The notes beneath the pieces were generated by a model. That model was given only the letters and a program-made list of their open reading frames with translations, searched no databases and was not told the DNA's origin. From assembly GCF_001194135.2 (NCBI RefSeq), contig NC_068992.1:28683221-28746755 (forward strand): a stretch of 63,535 nucleotides of DNA, written 5' to 3'. The position numbers and the translations under genes were made by a program. This document shows, in pieces, positions 22,688 through 34,884 of this stretch (its first letter is position 1; every line of letters begins with the position of its first letter). This DNA comes from Octopus bimaculoides. Its lineage: Eukaryota.

Positions 22688-23397
22688 AACAACAAACAAG
22701 ATGAGGACAACTCTCCGTCAATTGTAAATAATGTAAAATATGTACATAATTCCTCATCTCTTAAATATAGAACTGCATATTAATAACGATGTAAATACAT
22801 TTCAAAATCTCCTTCAGCTGCATCACAGATTACTAGGAGGGGTCAAGGGTCAAGGATCAAAGGTCCTCCCTAAACCATAGGTTCATGAGGCCAGTTTCCT
22901 GGATTCTGTGGTGCATACATTTCCATGCTCAATGGATTACCACTCCATTGCAGGATTACTCATTTTTTTTTTTCCTGAGTGGACTGGAGCAATGTGAAAT
23001 GAAATGTTTTGCTTTAGAACAATGCATTGCCCTATCCAGAAATTGAAACCACAATCATATTATCATGAGTGCAACACTAACTACTGGGCCATGTGCCTCC
23101 ACACTAAGCCAGTGACACCATACAGGAACTAATACAGGGTAAATGGACTCTTTGCTTTGCCCACAGCCAGCCTCTACAGGCTCAGCTGCATAAAATGCAT
23201 TTAATCAAACTGTAAGACACACATAACAAGGTTAGCCAATTCTCTCAGGTTACTGTGTGCAAAGTAATGAGGACCTCGACTAGATACAGTGGGACTTGTC
23301 AAATCCCTGGCTATCAAGAAAAAAACATATGAACATAAAATGACGATTTGAATATTTTTGCATGTAAATATATAGGCGTATTTTTGCATGTATATAT

Positions 23398-23812
23398 AGG
23401 CGTAGGAGTGGCTGTGTGGTAAGTAGCTTGCTTACCAACCACATGGTTCTGGGTTCAGTCCCACTGTGTGGCACCTTGGGCAAGTGTCTTCTACTATAGC
23501 CTCGGGCCAACCAAAGCCTTGTGAGTGGATTTGGTTGACGGAAACTGAAAGAAGCCCGTTGTATATATGTATATATATATGTGTGTGTGTGTGTGTATAT
23601 GTTTGTGTGTCTGTGTTTGTCCACCCCAACATCACTTGACAACCGATGCTGGTGTGTTTACGTCCCTGTAACTTAGTGGTTCGGCAAAAGAGATCGATAG
23701 AATAAGTACTAGGCTTACAAAGAATAAGTCCTGGGGTCGATTTGTTAGACTAAAGGCAGTGCTCCAGCATGGCCACAGTCAAATGACTGAAACAAGTAAA
23801 AGAGTAAAAGAG
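23398..23812 (+). mobile_element. tRNA-SINE family A, full-length copy
   Basis: Head aggcgtaggagtggctgtgtggtaag...gggttcagtccc, internal (TA)(TG) tract, tail cctggggtcgattt...ccagcatggccacagtcaaatgactgaaacaagtaaaagagtaaaagag. Confidence 0.9.
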
Positions 23813-24040
23813 TATGCTGATATGTGGCTGAATGAATAAAATATGAAACCATTTTCTTAAGAATTATGAGATCAAATCTGCTGTTTTTCTTATTTAATTT
23901 GAATATTTGTTTAAAACTATTTTACATCCACTTCTGCATTTCTGGAAGTGTTTGTTTTGGTTTCTACTGGAGTTATGGCTTTTACAATGATTTCCCCTTT
24001 TGGCTGCTAATCACTCAACTTGGAGCAGGAGTGAAACATC

Positions 24041-24089
<49 letters not shown>

Positions 24090-24182
24090 CAAATATTAAA
24101 AAACAACCCCAAAAATTGAGTGAATTATTGATGGCCTGCTGAGTGGAAGGTGTATAGTAGAAATTTTACTGCTACTTAGTCA

Positions 24183-24412
24183 AGGCGGTCAGCTGGCAGA
24201 ATCATTAGCACGCTGGGCGAAATGCTTAGCGGAATTTCGTCTGCCATTACGATCTGAGTTCAAATTCTGCTGAGGTCAACTTTGCCTTTCATCCTTTCAG
24301 GGTCGATAAATTAAGTACCAGTTATGCACTGGGGTCGATGTAATTGACTTAATCTCTTTGTCTTTGTTTGTTCTGTCTATATTTAGCCCCTTGTGGGCAA
24401 TAAAGAAATAAA
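24183..24412 (+). mobile_element. tRNA-SINE family B (central region resembling Meta/CORE-class conserved SINE domains)
   Basis: aggcggtcagctggcagaatc...gagttcaaatt...gaggtcaactttgcctttcatcctttcagggtcgataaattaagtacc; many degraded copies elsewhere. Superfamily name needs a library check. Confidence 0.75.
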
Positions 24413-24600
24413 AAACTTTACTGCTACTTATTTTATCAACCCCAAAAGAATAAAAAGCAAAGTTAATTGATAAGATATGTAAAATAAGAATGAAAAAAAA
24501 AATGCTTACATATTACTGAAGGAAGTAAGTTCTGCTTGTGATTACATGGAGACCTAAACAATGAGCAAATATGTAATGCATGTTCTCAACCCATACTTAC

Positions 24601-24647
24601 TTGTAGGTGATGGCTGGCTGTACAAGAGGAAGCCTTTTCTAGGCTTT
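24601..24647 (-). CDS. Candidate exon 3 of unassigned minus-strand gene
   Basis: Very strong acceptor tttctttcttccctcccttgaccagtttcag, donor CAA|GTAAGT; 47 nt, phase 1-0: (E)SLEKASSCTASHHLQ. Confidence 0.65.
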
Positions 24648-26576
24648 CTGAAACTGGTCAAGGGAGGGAAGAAAGAAACCACATCTTATAGTAGGAAGCA
24701 GCACAACTTTTATAGTTAGACTGGAGATATGACCCAAATGCTTACAACAGAGCAGATTCCCTTAGAAACACCCAAGTGCCAAGTAGTGGTTTTAAACTGA
24801 GTGAGAGAGATTAAGTTTACTTCCAAAGAATTGTGACTATTTCAATATTTGACTCTGAAAGAAATAAGGCTACTGATAGACTCAGTTGGTTCAATTTAAG
24901 TGAGAGATATTAAAGGATATATACGATGGATACAAGTGCCCCTAACCCTATAACCAAAAAGTACCCCTGAATATCAATAGCTATGTATATATCCTGAAGA
25001 TAAAAATATTTTCTTGGCATAGATTGGGAAGGTCAGTCAATACTGGAATACATACACATGCTATACTCCTGATGAGTTGAATTAATTTTGATTTCTTAAT
25101 TACTTTATTAATCCAGCTATTGTGTGCTACATGTACAAATGTATTATAGTTTTAGATAAAATTTTCATAAGATATTGCAGAAGTTTCTCTTGGTGGAATT
25201 TTGGTTTAAGCTCCCCATATAATGTCTCATAGCTTTCCTATTTTTTGGAATTTTCAGAAAATGTTTGTGAATCTATGTTTTACATATGGGAATTCAAATG
25301 ATTAAGAAAAAAAAAAAAAAGGAAAAATTTCTTTGTGTGTGATTTAAGGGTGATTTAGCTGTTATTTTTAGTACATCTCACGACCACCTGATACTTTCCT
25401 TNNNNNNNNNNNNNNNNNNNNNNNNNNNNNNNNNNNNNNNNNNNNNNNNNNNNNNNNNNNNNNNNNNNNNNNNNNNNNNNNNNNNNNNNNNNNNNNNNNN
25501 NNNNNNNNNNNNNNNNNNNNNNNNNNNNNNNNNNNNNNNNNNNNNNNNNNNNNNNNNNNNNNNNNNNNNNNNNNNNNNNNNNNNNNNNNNNNNNNNNNNN
25601 NNNNNNNNNNNNNNNNNNNNNNNNNNNNNNNNNNNNNNNNNNNNNNNNNNNNNNNNNNNNNNNNNNNNNNNNNNNNNNNNNNNNNNNNNNNNNNNNNNNN
25701 NNNNNNNNNNNNNNNNNNNNNNNNNNNNNNNNNNNNNNNNNNNNNNNNNNNNNNNNNNAACACTTTTGTATAATCAACACATGCTTTCATTACAGTAATA
25801 TGAAACCATTTGCTAAAAGTTCCTTCATGCAAAAGCTTTGATCTGTAGAATATTACATTTCCATTGATTTTGTTACACTCCATTTACATTTTGATTTCAA
25901 ATCTGGCTAAGGTCAACTTTGCCTTTCATTTTTCCAGGGGTCAAATAAATAAGTATCAGTAAAGTTTTTCAGTGGGGTTCTGATTTAATCGATCAACTCT
26001 CTCTCCCCACAAATTTGTGGTCCTGTGTAATTATCACAGGAATCAGTATTTCTATTGATTTATGTGCCACTTTGCCAAATGATCAAGCAATTGGTGGAAA
26101 TTCATTTTGTATTCATGTTTGATTGATAACACCTTTGCTATTTTTAACTTTTGTTTAACAAAATTTTCTCTCTATCATTTTTTTCTATTTCCATTCCTTT
26201 ACTAATCAGTAAGAACCATTTACCATTAACATAGTCACCAATAAGTTAAAATCTGATTCGTCTGCTCATAAAATCTTCATATGCAATGTCATGTGAGTGC
26301 AAGTAAAACAACAACAATAGTAAATCCTTATAAAATTATATCTGATAACACAAAGAAAACATCATGGTACAGTAATGTTGTTGTTGTTTAGCCCATGGTC
26401 AGATTTGATCAAACAGAATTATGGTTAAAAACATTCTAGCAACAGTCATCCTATTCCTTTCCAAAACATAGTGCACCCATGAAACAGTTATCTAATATAT
26501 CCTTTGCTTCTAAGATTGTAGGTGTGTAATTTGAGGGTGTTTGGTTGATATTGCTAGCAGCTAGAGTGACCACAGT

Positions 26577-26880
26577 GGAGGCGCAATGACCCAGTGGTTA
26601 GGGCAGTGGACTCGCAGTCGGAGGATCATGGTTTCGATTCCCAGACCAGGTGTTGTGTATGTTTGAGTGAAAACACCTAAAAAAACTCCACAAGGCTCCA
26701 GCAGGGGGTGGTGGCGACTCCTGTTGTACTCTTTCGCCACAACTTTCTCTTACTCTTTCTTCCTGTTTCTTGAGTAATACTGTGATGGACTGGCGTCCTG
26801 TCCAGCTGGGGAAACACATACGCCATAGAAACCAGGAAACTGGGCCCATGAGCCTGGCTAGGCTTTAAAAGGGCGCATAA
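26577..26880 (+). mobile_element. tRNA-SINE family D, tail variant 1 (V-domain-like)
   Basis: Head ggaggcgcaatgacccagtggttagggc...ggtttcgattccc; after cttcctgtttct (26770) continues tgagtaatactgtgatggactggcgtcctgtccag. Confidence 0.8.
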
Positions 26881-27464
26881 AATATAAAATAAAAATAGAG
26901 TGACCACATATCAAATTCATTTGGATTGAAGCATTCACTAGATCCTTCAGACCGGATAGGTACAATTATTTCTAAAGCTCAATTTGTAATGTAGTCCAAA
27001 GTAAATGGATAAAAGTGTCAATAAATATTAAAACAACTTTCCTGATAATAAGTGTTTTTTATGATTATTCATAAAGAAAGGGAAGAATACGAAGTGTTGG
27101 AAAAATTCTCTGCAGAGATGTATGGGAAAATACATCAACATAGATAGACACACACACACACACACACATATATACACACATATGTATAAATGCATGATAC
27201 ATGCATGTAAGTATAAAGATATGTATAGCTGGGTGGAGGTGCTTGTCTCCCCCTTGCAAACATAAGGACGCAGGAAATGTGTCAAGCCAACAGGAAGCGG
27301 TGCAGCTTCCTAGGGCTAAATAGCAGTAGTATTATTCCCTTCATGGGACTGTCACATTAAGTTGACAGCATACAACTACTATATATATATATATGTGTGT
27401 GTGTGTATGTGTGTGTTTATGTCTGTGTATGTGCTTGTGCCTCTCTCCCAGAGAGTGAGAGAGG

Positions 27465-27500
<36 letters not shown>

Positions 27501-28187
27501 CTTTAAGCTTATATAAATACCATTATTTTTACTAGCAAATCTACCAGTCTACTATGGAGGCATAAAATGAGGGAGGGAAGTGCAGTATGTGTTGAGAAAT
27601 GTGTCAATGGACTTGATAGATTACTGGGTAATGTCTTAGAGAAATTACATTATTGTTGGTGATACAGCATTCTATTGCAGCTATATGACATGTGTTTGTG
27701 ACTAAGTGACAGGTGATGACGATTCACTCCTGAACTCCCAGCCTCTGTATTCTGAATGGTTATGTGGACCACTCTTGATGAAAGCCAGACCTTCCTTTGA
27801 CCACTATATAAAAAGTATTAAGAAAAGAATGTTATTTAGATATACTTTTATTTTAGTTGTTTACACTATTTTAGGCTTCTTTATACACTTATACATTCAA
27901 AGTTCACAAATTTCCTTATTTAAATTATGAATCATATTCCTTTCCATAATATCAATATGATTACAAAACTTCTTTGTAGACGATATTTTTTGTTTGGTTG
28001 ATACTAACTTCCACATTACTGGCGTCCGTTGCTCTACTCATAGCAACATATAACTGGCCGTTTGTAAACATCAGATTAGGTAAAAGCACACCTACATGAC
28101 ATGATCTAAAGTCTGGCCCTGTGCTTTGGTTGCTGTCAATGCGTGAGCAGAATCTTTAGGTTTGCAAAAACTCAAACTAAGACTTAC

Positions 28188-28323
28188 CTCTCACTGTTCT
28201 ATATGAATAATGTCTGGATGTTTTGGTACCATGGGTTATTTTGATTGACAAAACTGAGATGTAAACAGCTTCTTTGATTAGCCATTTCGAACCCTGCTCA
28301 AGACTGACGCACTTCAATAACCA
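28188..28323 (-). CDS. Candidate exon 2 of unassigned minus-strand gene
   Basis: Donor GAG|GTAAGT; acceptor tgattatctag (moderate); 136 nt, phase 0-1, the only open frame: WLLKCVSLEQGSKWLIKEAVYISVLSIKITHGTKTSRHYSYRTVR. Confidence 0.6.
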
Positions 28324-28984
28324 CTAGATAATCACACACACTTTTTCCATTTTATTTTTTTCTAATAACCGTCCCTGCAACCCCCTTTGTATCTACAATG
28401 AGGCCACAAACTACAATGAAAATTCAGAGTTACTCGCAGTCAGTGAATTTTTAATAAAAATGTGAAGGTGGTTTATCAATTCAACAATTGATATCCACAA
28501 AATAATCATACTTTCTGATTTTTTAATGTCAGAATCCTCCCTGATGACCATCTTTGTAAAAATGAAAAATATCATAACCACTGTTCCAGCAGTCTGGCCA
28601 TGAAGAGGGAACAGACAAAGAGAGGGACAGATGGATACAATGCCCATTATAAGTAAGATAGCAAATCTGCCCATCTATGATGGGAAATAAAGGGATAGTA
28701 TCGTAAATCTGAACCTTCTACATTCACGAACTATACGGGGGTGGGGAAATCCAGAGTTAATACTCATCCCTGGAAATTTGATAAAAAAAATCAAAGGTTA
28801 TTTATTTATTCAAAACTCAATATCCACTGAATAATCCTACTTTTTCAAATTTTTTCACTAAAAACCTTCCTGATTCTGGATGCATGCTAGTAATATATCT
28901 ATATTTTGCAGAATACTTTTAAAATTATATCAACCTATGAAAAATGAAGCTTATGAATCCATGTTTGACATCTATGATGCTGGG

Positions 28985-29400
28985 ATTTCCTTGGCTTAGT
29001 AGCTGCTCACCTGTTGGCTCAGGATATATACTTTTGCTTACTCAGTAGACACTCCTTTGTTGTTTAGTGCTTTAGCATTGTCAAATGTAATGCTTTTTCA
29101 TATATATTGCATTGAATTAATCATGTGTTATCTTGTGGCTTCAAAATTTTAATGATGTGATTGTTTATTTTTACAATCACATTGTAGGATAGATGTGAGA
29201 TGTTGGATCTGACCAGTTTAAACATAAAAGATGCAGAATATTTCGACTGGATGTGACCAGTTTAAATGCTAAATTGTTAAGCTGAGGTTATCCGTTTAGC
29301 TCAGTAGATGTCCCTCTGTTGGCTCAGTAGATACTCTCCTGTTAGTAGAGTTGTTGTTCTTCTTTTAGCTCTGTAGATACTTCCTTATTGGCTTATTGAA
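28985..29400. repeat. Degenerate ~21-bp minisatellite interrupted by a piggyBac-type MITE relic (about 29065-29280)
   Basis: Units resembling ctgttggctcagtagatactc on both sides of a sequence matching 14151-14363 in reverse. Confidence 0.55.
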
Positions 29401-30674
29401 CAGTTATAAGAGGCTGAGCATTCTAGAGACTTATGACCCTTTTAACATAAGCCTCAAACAGAATCAATATGATAACACTATATCAGTTATTGTAGTTTTC
29501 CATTACTCCAGAATTTGTTAAATTAGTGATGTGAGACATAAGAAACAAACAAGATCAATGATGTTCCTGAGCCACAAAATTTGTTTTTTAGGCGGCTGTA
29601 GTCACTGATTGCACTACAGAAACACCTGCAATTTAATCCCTTTAAATTAATATAATTTATTTGAAGGTGAATAGCATGTGCTTTGTAATGTAGTTGGCAA
29701 CATGATCAACAAGCATGCAATAAATTTATGGTTTGATTTTCATCTCAGTGAGCATGTTTCTCTGTCTTAAATTGAAATTTACAATGTCTAATTAACCCAC
29801 TGATGCATGAAGTTTAATTTTCATTCTATTACAAATAATTACAATTAAATAACAAAAAAAATTTTCAAAGACTCAAAGTGGATGTAAAAGTCATAAAAGG
29901 ATGGTTATATAATTCGGAAAGGAATAATGTTTTCTTACATTAATTCAAGACCAAACATTTTGTTGGGGGAAGGAAATAGATGAGCATATTGACCCTAGTA
30001 CTTGACTTGTGCTTTATTTCATCAACCCTGGAAATATGAAAGGTAAAAAGTGATGCCAGTGGGGTTTGAACTTTGAATGGAATGAACTAGGATAAATTCC
30101 TTAAAGTATTTTACCTAATGCATTAACTATTCTGCCAATCTGCTGCCCTATGAAAAGCTAATTATATAGGGAGAGTATTTACATTTGAAATAGATACTTT
30201 GCATCATATAATTTTCAGACTGTTCTGGAGTCATTATGAATTAATTCATTAAAGGTAGTACTCCAGCATGGCCACAATCAGATGACTGAAACAAGTGAAA
30301 GAATAAGAGAATAAAGTCTTACATTACAATTCAAAGATTTTCAAGTGAAACATGAGAGACTGAAACAAGGTGGAAGGTAACTCTCAAGGTAACTGTTCTT
30401 ATTCTTGGAAAGTTGACTTAATCTGTTACCTGATTTATTATAATCACTTGGCCATTTGTGCTTTTAACAGTCATCTGGGGATTAGCTTATTCCCTTCCTC
30501 ATAATCTTAAAAGACCTGGAATGGTATATGAGCACTGCCCTTCTTCCTCTTACAAAAGAGATAAAAAATTAATTCTCATGAAATTATATAGTTAGTACCC
30601 AATCAATATTCATTGCGAGTTCAATATATAAGTGAAAGAAGACAATTCTATTTTGGCCATCTAATGGTACATAC

Positions 30675-30827
30675 TTTGGTAGAGTGAACATTAGTAGTTT
30701 CAATTAGAAGCATTTGATTAGTCAGCTGGAAAGTGCCATATTCATGGCTTTCACAGGTAACCTTTAAAGGTAACAAGATCAATGCTGCTAATACTCCTCT
30801 TGAACAGTTGGAAAAAAAAGTGTGCAT
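30675..30827 (-). CDS. Candidate first coding exon (signal peptide) of unassigned minus-strand gene
   Basis: ACCATG context at 30827; MHTFFSNCSRGVLAALILLPLKVTC-ESHEYGTFQLTNQMLLIETTNVHSTK (51 codons), donor AAA|GTATGT, upstream acceptor tacatgcag at 30837-30838. Confidence 0.6.
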
Positions 30828-31041
30828 GGTGCCTTGCTGCATGTATACACACACACACACACACACATGCATTAGATTAAAATACCAATGTGTATAACAT
30901 AAATATACAAATGTGGAATGGGACTAGCTGTGATAATTTGTCTCAGAGAAACTTTTCAAACAAATCTGAGTATTAAAAAACACAGGGTTTTGCTTAGAAT
31001 GTTAGAGGATTGTCAGAAACAGTGTTTCAACTTGATTTGGT

Positions 31042-31640
31042 TTTTTCTTGCTAACTTTTGGCAGGTCTCTATAAAGGCATTAATTTGTCATAAGGTGCTG
31101 CCATTTCACATTTAGGGCTATTTGTAGCATCCATTTAGCCCATTTGATGATTTCTTTGCCAGTATTCATGTTTCATTGCCATAAACAGCACTGATTTGAC
31201 ATCTGCAATGAACAGCTTAATTTTGATTTGCATGGGTAATCTGGAGTTCCAGAACTTTAGTTTGTGACAGGCTGCCCATACTTGTGCCTTCCTGAATTTG
31301 ATGTCTGCTTCTGAACTGTTCATCCAACCACCTAAATACTTGAAGTCATTAGCTACATTCAGTTTGGAACTGCTTAATGCAAACAGGCAAAGATGGCTGC
31401 AACTATCTGGTCACTGCATGTGCCACCCTGAACTGGAAGCATCTAAATTAGTCTTGTGGAATTCACTTTATGATGATGTAAAAAGGGGAAAACGTCATCA
31501 AACTTACATTAACAACTTGATTGCAGACACTGGCCTGGAATGTATCCAGGACCTCGAGACAGTGATATTGGGACCAAGAAGAGTGGCAGGTAGACTTTGT
31601 TGCTGTGACCTGGGTTGGAACCTAGCCATAATAATAATAA
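31042..31640. mobile_element. 5'-truncated RTE LINE with 5' inversion and (ATA)n tail
   Basis: Minus about 31042-31372: DFKYLGGWMNSSEADIKFRKAQVWAACHKL...YRDLPKVSKK; plus about 31384-31640: RQRWLQLSGHCMCHPELEASKLVLW...KRGKRHQTYINNL.., tail ataataataataa. Confidence 0.85.
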
Positions 31641-33070
31641 TTGGTCTCTTCAGCAATAAATATCTCAGCCAAAATGCTTGCTCCATTACAAAAATCAGCA
31701 AACAAAATATTTGCTGATTTGTACAAAAGCTAGCCAAGCTAGAACTAAATTAAAATATGCACTTGAAACAGCATTTGATTAAAATATTAATGTGTATAAC
31801 ATTTATAATGTAAATAGAAATGTCGGAACAGTGCTAATACAGCTGTAATGATTTGTCTAAGAGAAGCTTCTCAAAGAGATTTGTGTTATATACACATGTA
31901 TGTCTGTATATTATTTGCTTTAACAGACAGTCCTGTGCCACTGTTACAAAAGCAGCGAGCCAGTTATTGGCCCATTACGAACATGAATGATAATACAGTT
32001 CACCAAATATGTAAATAAATCCCATTTTTATGACTTAATTGTTACAATACAATACAATAGTGGTAGTAATAAGATTTGAAATTATGACAACGCAGCTATT
32101 ATGCATTATAACCAGTAGACAGTTGTCTTCTTATTGTTCTTAATTACCATATAAATGCTATACTGCACATTAGTCCATTCTTGAACAGTTCCAGTAGCAC
32201 ATCAGTCTTCAGTACAAGAGGTTGCTTGCTTCTCACTGGACTCTTCTCACACCATACTATCCAACACCTCTCCTGGTTCTATAACACAAACTTCTTGATT
32301 TAATGTGATCTAAATTAAAACCTTCCATCAAAACTTCATGTTAATTTATGTATCAAACACCAATTCAATAATGACAAAAATATTTTACTAAATTTTTGGA
32401 TCTTTTCAGTTGCTGTCACAGATATGGAAATTTTAAAGTTAAGTGAAAATTTTCAAATTTGTAATCCTGATATAATTTTTCATGCTGATTCTAATTTATT
32501 TATTCCCAGAAAAATTTAGGAAAATGTTATAAATGTTCAGTTTGATAACTTATAGTCCCATCGGAAAAGAAGAATATAAAAAATAGGAAATTTGTGACAG
32601 CAACTGGAAAGATCTAATTTTTTCATTATTTTCAAAATCAATTGAAACGAAGGCCATATATTTCAATAGAAATATGGTAATGAAAAGTTTAATCGTCATT
32701 TTGGGGAAAAAGGAAGCTGTGATTTGCCCCTTATGGCTTTACCATAGTGCAACATAACTTATACAGAGAGAGAGAGAGAGAGGTTAGTGGTGATGGCTTA
32801 CTCTAGTCTTTGACTGGAACTTCATGACTCCAGAAAGATGAAATGTAAAGTCAAAAGATGACCTTAGCAGGGTTTGAACTCAAGAGTATAGAGAGTTTAA
32901 ACACAGCATTTTATTCAAAGTTCTAATGACAGTGCAAATTCAGAGCCATATGTTGATAATTTTAAGTTCATTATATTCAGATGTTTGCATATCAGCAGAC
33001 TTGATGTATAGCTCCATGTTAGCTGATTGACAAGACCTATAATCAAGAACTTTCCAACTGTCTTACTTTA

Positions 33071-33141
<71 letters not shown>

Positions 33142-33177
33142 CTTGTATATATACATATATATATATATATATACAAG

Positions 33178-33550
33178 TATCATCATCATCATTGTTTAAT
33201 GTCCGTTGTCCAAGCTGGCATGGGTTGGATAGTTTGACCAAGGCTGGTAAGCTGGAAGGCTGCACCAGACTTCAGCCTCATTTGACATGGTTTTCTATGG
33301 CTTGATGCCCTTCCTAATGCCAACCACTCTGAGAGTGTAATGGGTGCTTTTATGTGCCACTGGCATGGGTGTCATTTGCATGACACCAGTATCTGCCATG
33401 ATTGTGATTTTGCTCAGCTTGATGGGTCTTCTCAAGAATGACATAATGACAAAGGTTTCGGTTATTGCCTCCGTGAGGCCCAACGCTCGAAAAGAACTCA
33501 GCCATTTTGCCTCTGTGAGGCCCAACACTTAAAAGGAACTTTGCCTTCGT
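33178..33550 (-). mobile_element. RTE-LINE 3' UTR-derived repeat
   Basis: (CAT)n then tgtttaatgtccg...gatgcccttcctaatgccaacc and tgaggcccaac subrepeats. Confidence 0.75.
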
Positions 33551-33814
33551 GAGGACCAGAACAGGTAGTTATAGCCAGTTCATTGGGTTACTCAAGATTT
33601 TTGTATCTATTAAGCGCTTAGCTTTACATACATCTCGTCAGGTCTGATGAGATGTACGTAAAACTAAGCACTTTATGGATGTGAAACCCTGAGTAACCCT
33701 TTGAGCCATCCATAACAATCTTTTTCTAAATACTCTACNNNNNNNNNNTGCTTCAACACACAAATTCACATAAAGAATCTTGCAAACCAAATAAAAAAAA
33801 ACGAAATTTATATA

Positions 33815-34056
33815 CAAGGATGGCCAAAAATCACCCGACAGTAAATCAAAATCCCATAAATACTTAATATTCAATTTTATTTATTCATTTCAATTATGAA
33901 TGTTTAATAATTGAATGCTGTGAGAAAATCACCGTTCTTTTTCTTCAATATTTATCAATTTATTAACGAAGTCACATATAAAATATTTTTTTTGCTTTAA
34001 TCTTGGAATTAGATGGGGTTTTTTATTTACTGTCAGGTGACTTTTGGCCAACTCTG
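33815..34056. mobile_element. Tc1/mariner-type MITE with TA target-site duplication
   Basis: 32-bp TIRs (27/32 match) CAAGGATGGCCAAAAATCACCCGACAGTAAAT; TA at 33813-33814 and 34057-34058. Confidence 0.85.
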
Positions 34057-34100
34057 TATATTTTGGAAAAATATAATTGTCAGTAAGTGCGACTCTGTGC

Positions 34101-34176
34101 TGTTAGAAATAAGAGCTAAAATGCTCAAATGCTGTAGTATTACAGCATTAGAGCATTTTAGCTCTTATTTCTAGCA
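34101..34176. other. Near-perfect 36-bp inverted repeat with 4-nt loop
   Basis: Arms 34101-34136 and 34141-34176 match at 34/36. Confidence 0.9.
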
Positions 34177-34708
34177 GTGTAAGTATCTTGATGTCTTCAG
34201 TCGCATTTAGTGACAATTATAGTTTTCTTTATGGTAACACATTGCGCATGGATGTTTATATTAATTTATATGCATGTCGTTGCTATTATGTTAAACTGTT
34301 GTATGTCCAAATTTGGCCAAATGCGTNNNNNNNNNNATGTTAAACTGTTATATGTCCAAATTTGGCCAAATGCATTTTTTTCAATAATTAATTTTCCTTG
34401 CAATAGCTAGTTCTTTTGGTCAAACTATCATATCTCCAGCTGCTTCAGATGCCAAGATATGAAAATTGTCAAAGTGTAGTACAATGGTTTAGCATTTTTC
34501 AAAAGAGTAGTAAGTCCCACATATGACAGTTCTGCAAAAATATTCCTGACTGAAAATATACATGCATGGAGTTACGATTTTATGCACCCAACAAAATATT
34601 ATTGTTAAGCTGAAACTGTTGCTAATGTAAAAAGAAATGGAATGATGAAACCATTTTCTCGTTTTCAGAAAAAGCAATGTTTTGGACTTACAACACTTTT
34701 GCATAATT

Positions 34709-34757
<49 letters not shown>

Positions 34758-34884
34758 NNNNNNNNNNTATATATATATATATATATATATATATCTGCAG
34801 TCAGTTTTCGTGACTGACTGTTTATGGCTATGGCATGACTTGATAAACTTTCTCCATTCTGGTTTCTTTTTTGCTTGTCTCAGG

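Larger units (their letters stand above)
22211..22750. mobile_element. Head-to-head palindrome of a tRNA-headed SINE with (AAT)n spacer and hammerhead-containing tail
   Basis: Left arm about 22211-22465 is the reverse complement of right arm about 22486-22750; A box TGGCATAGTGG at 22472-22482 and B box GTTCAATTC at 22517-22525. Confidence 0.88.

Noticed and set aside
24910-24993. Extra exon with strong acceptor (DIYIAIDIQGYFLVIGLG..)
   Set aside because: It is open only in phase 0 while the upstream candidate exon ends in phase 1, and it has no convincing donor; it could still be an alternative or non-coding exon.
28411-28674. 87-aa ORF with hydrophobic N-terminus
   Set aside because: No recognisable motif, it ends in a stop upstream of the candidate exon, and it lies within the predicted intron.
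30871-31830. ~45-bp similarity between 30871-30915 and 31775-31830 as a target-site duplication of the RTE
   Set aside because: The copies are diverged and lie well outside the element ends; more likely fragments of an older AT-rich repeat.
34288-34375. ~39-bp direct repeat around a 10-N gap
   Set aside because: Overlapping contig ends with two substitutions, likely two haplotypes.
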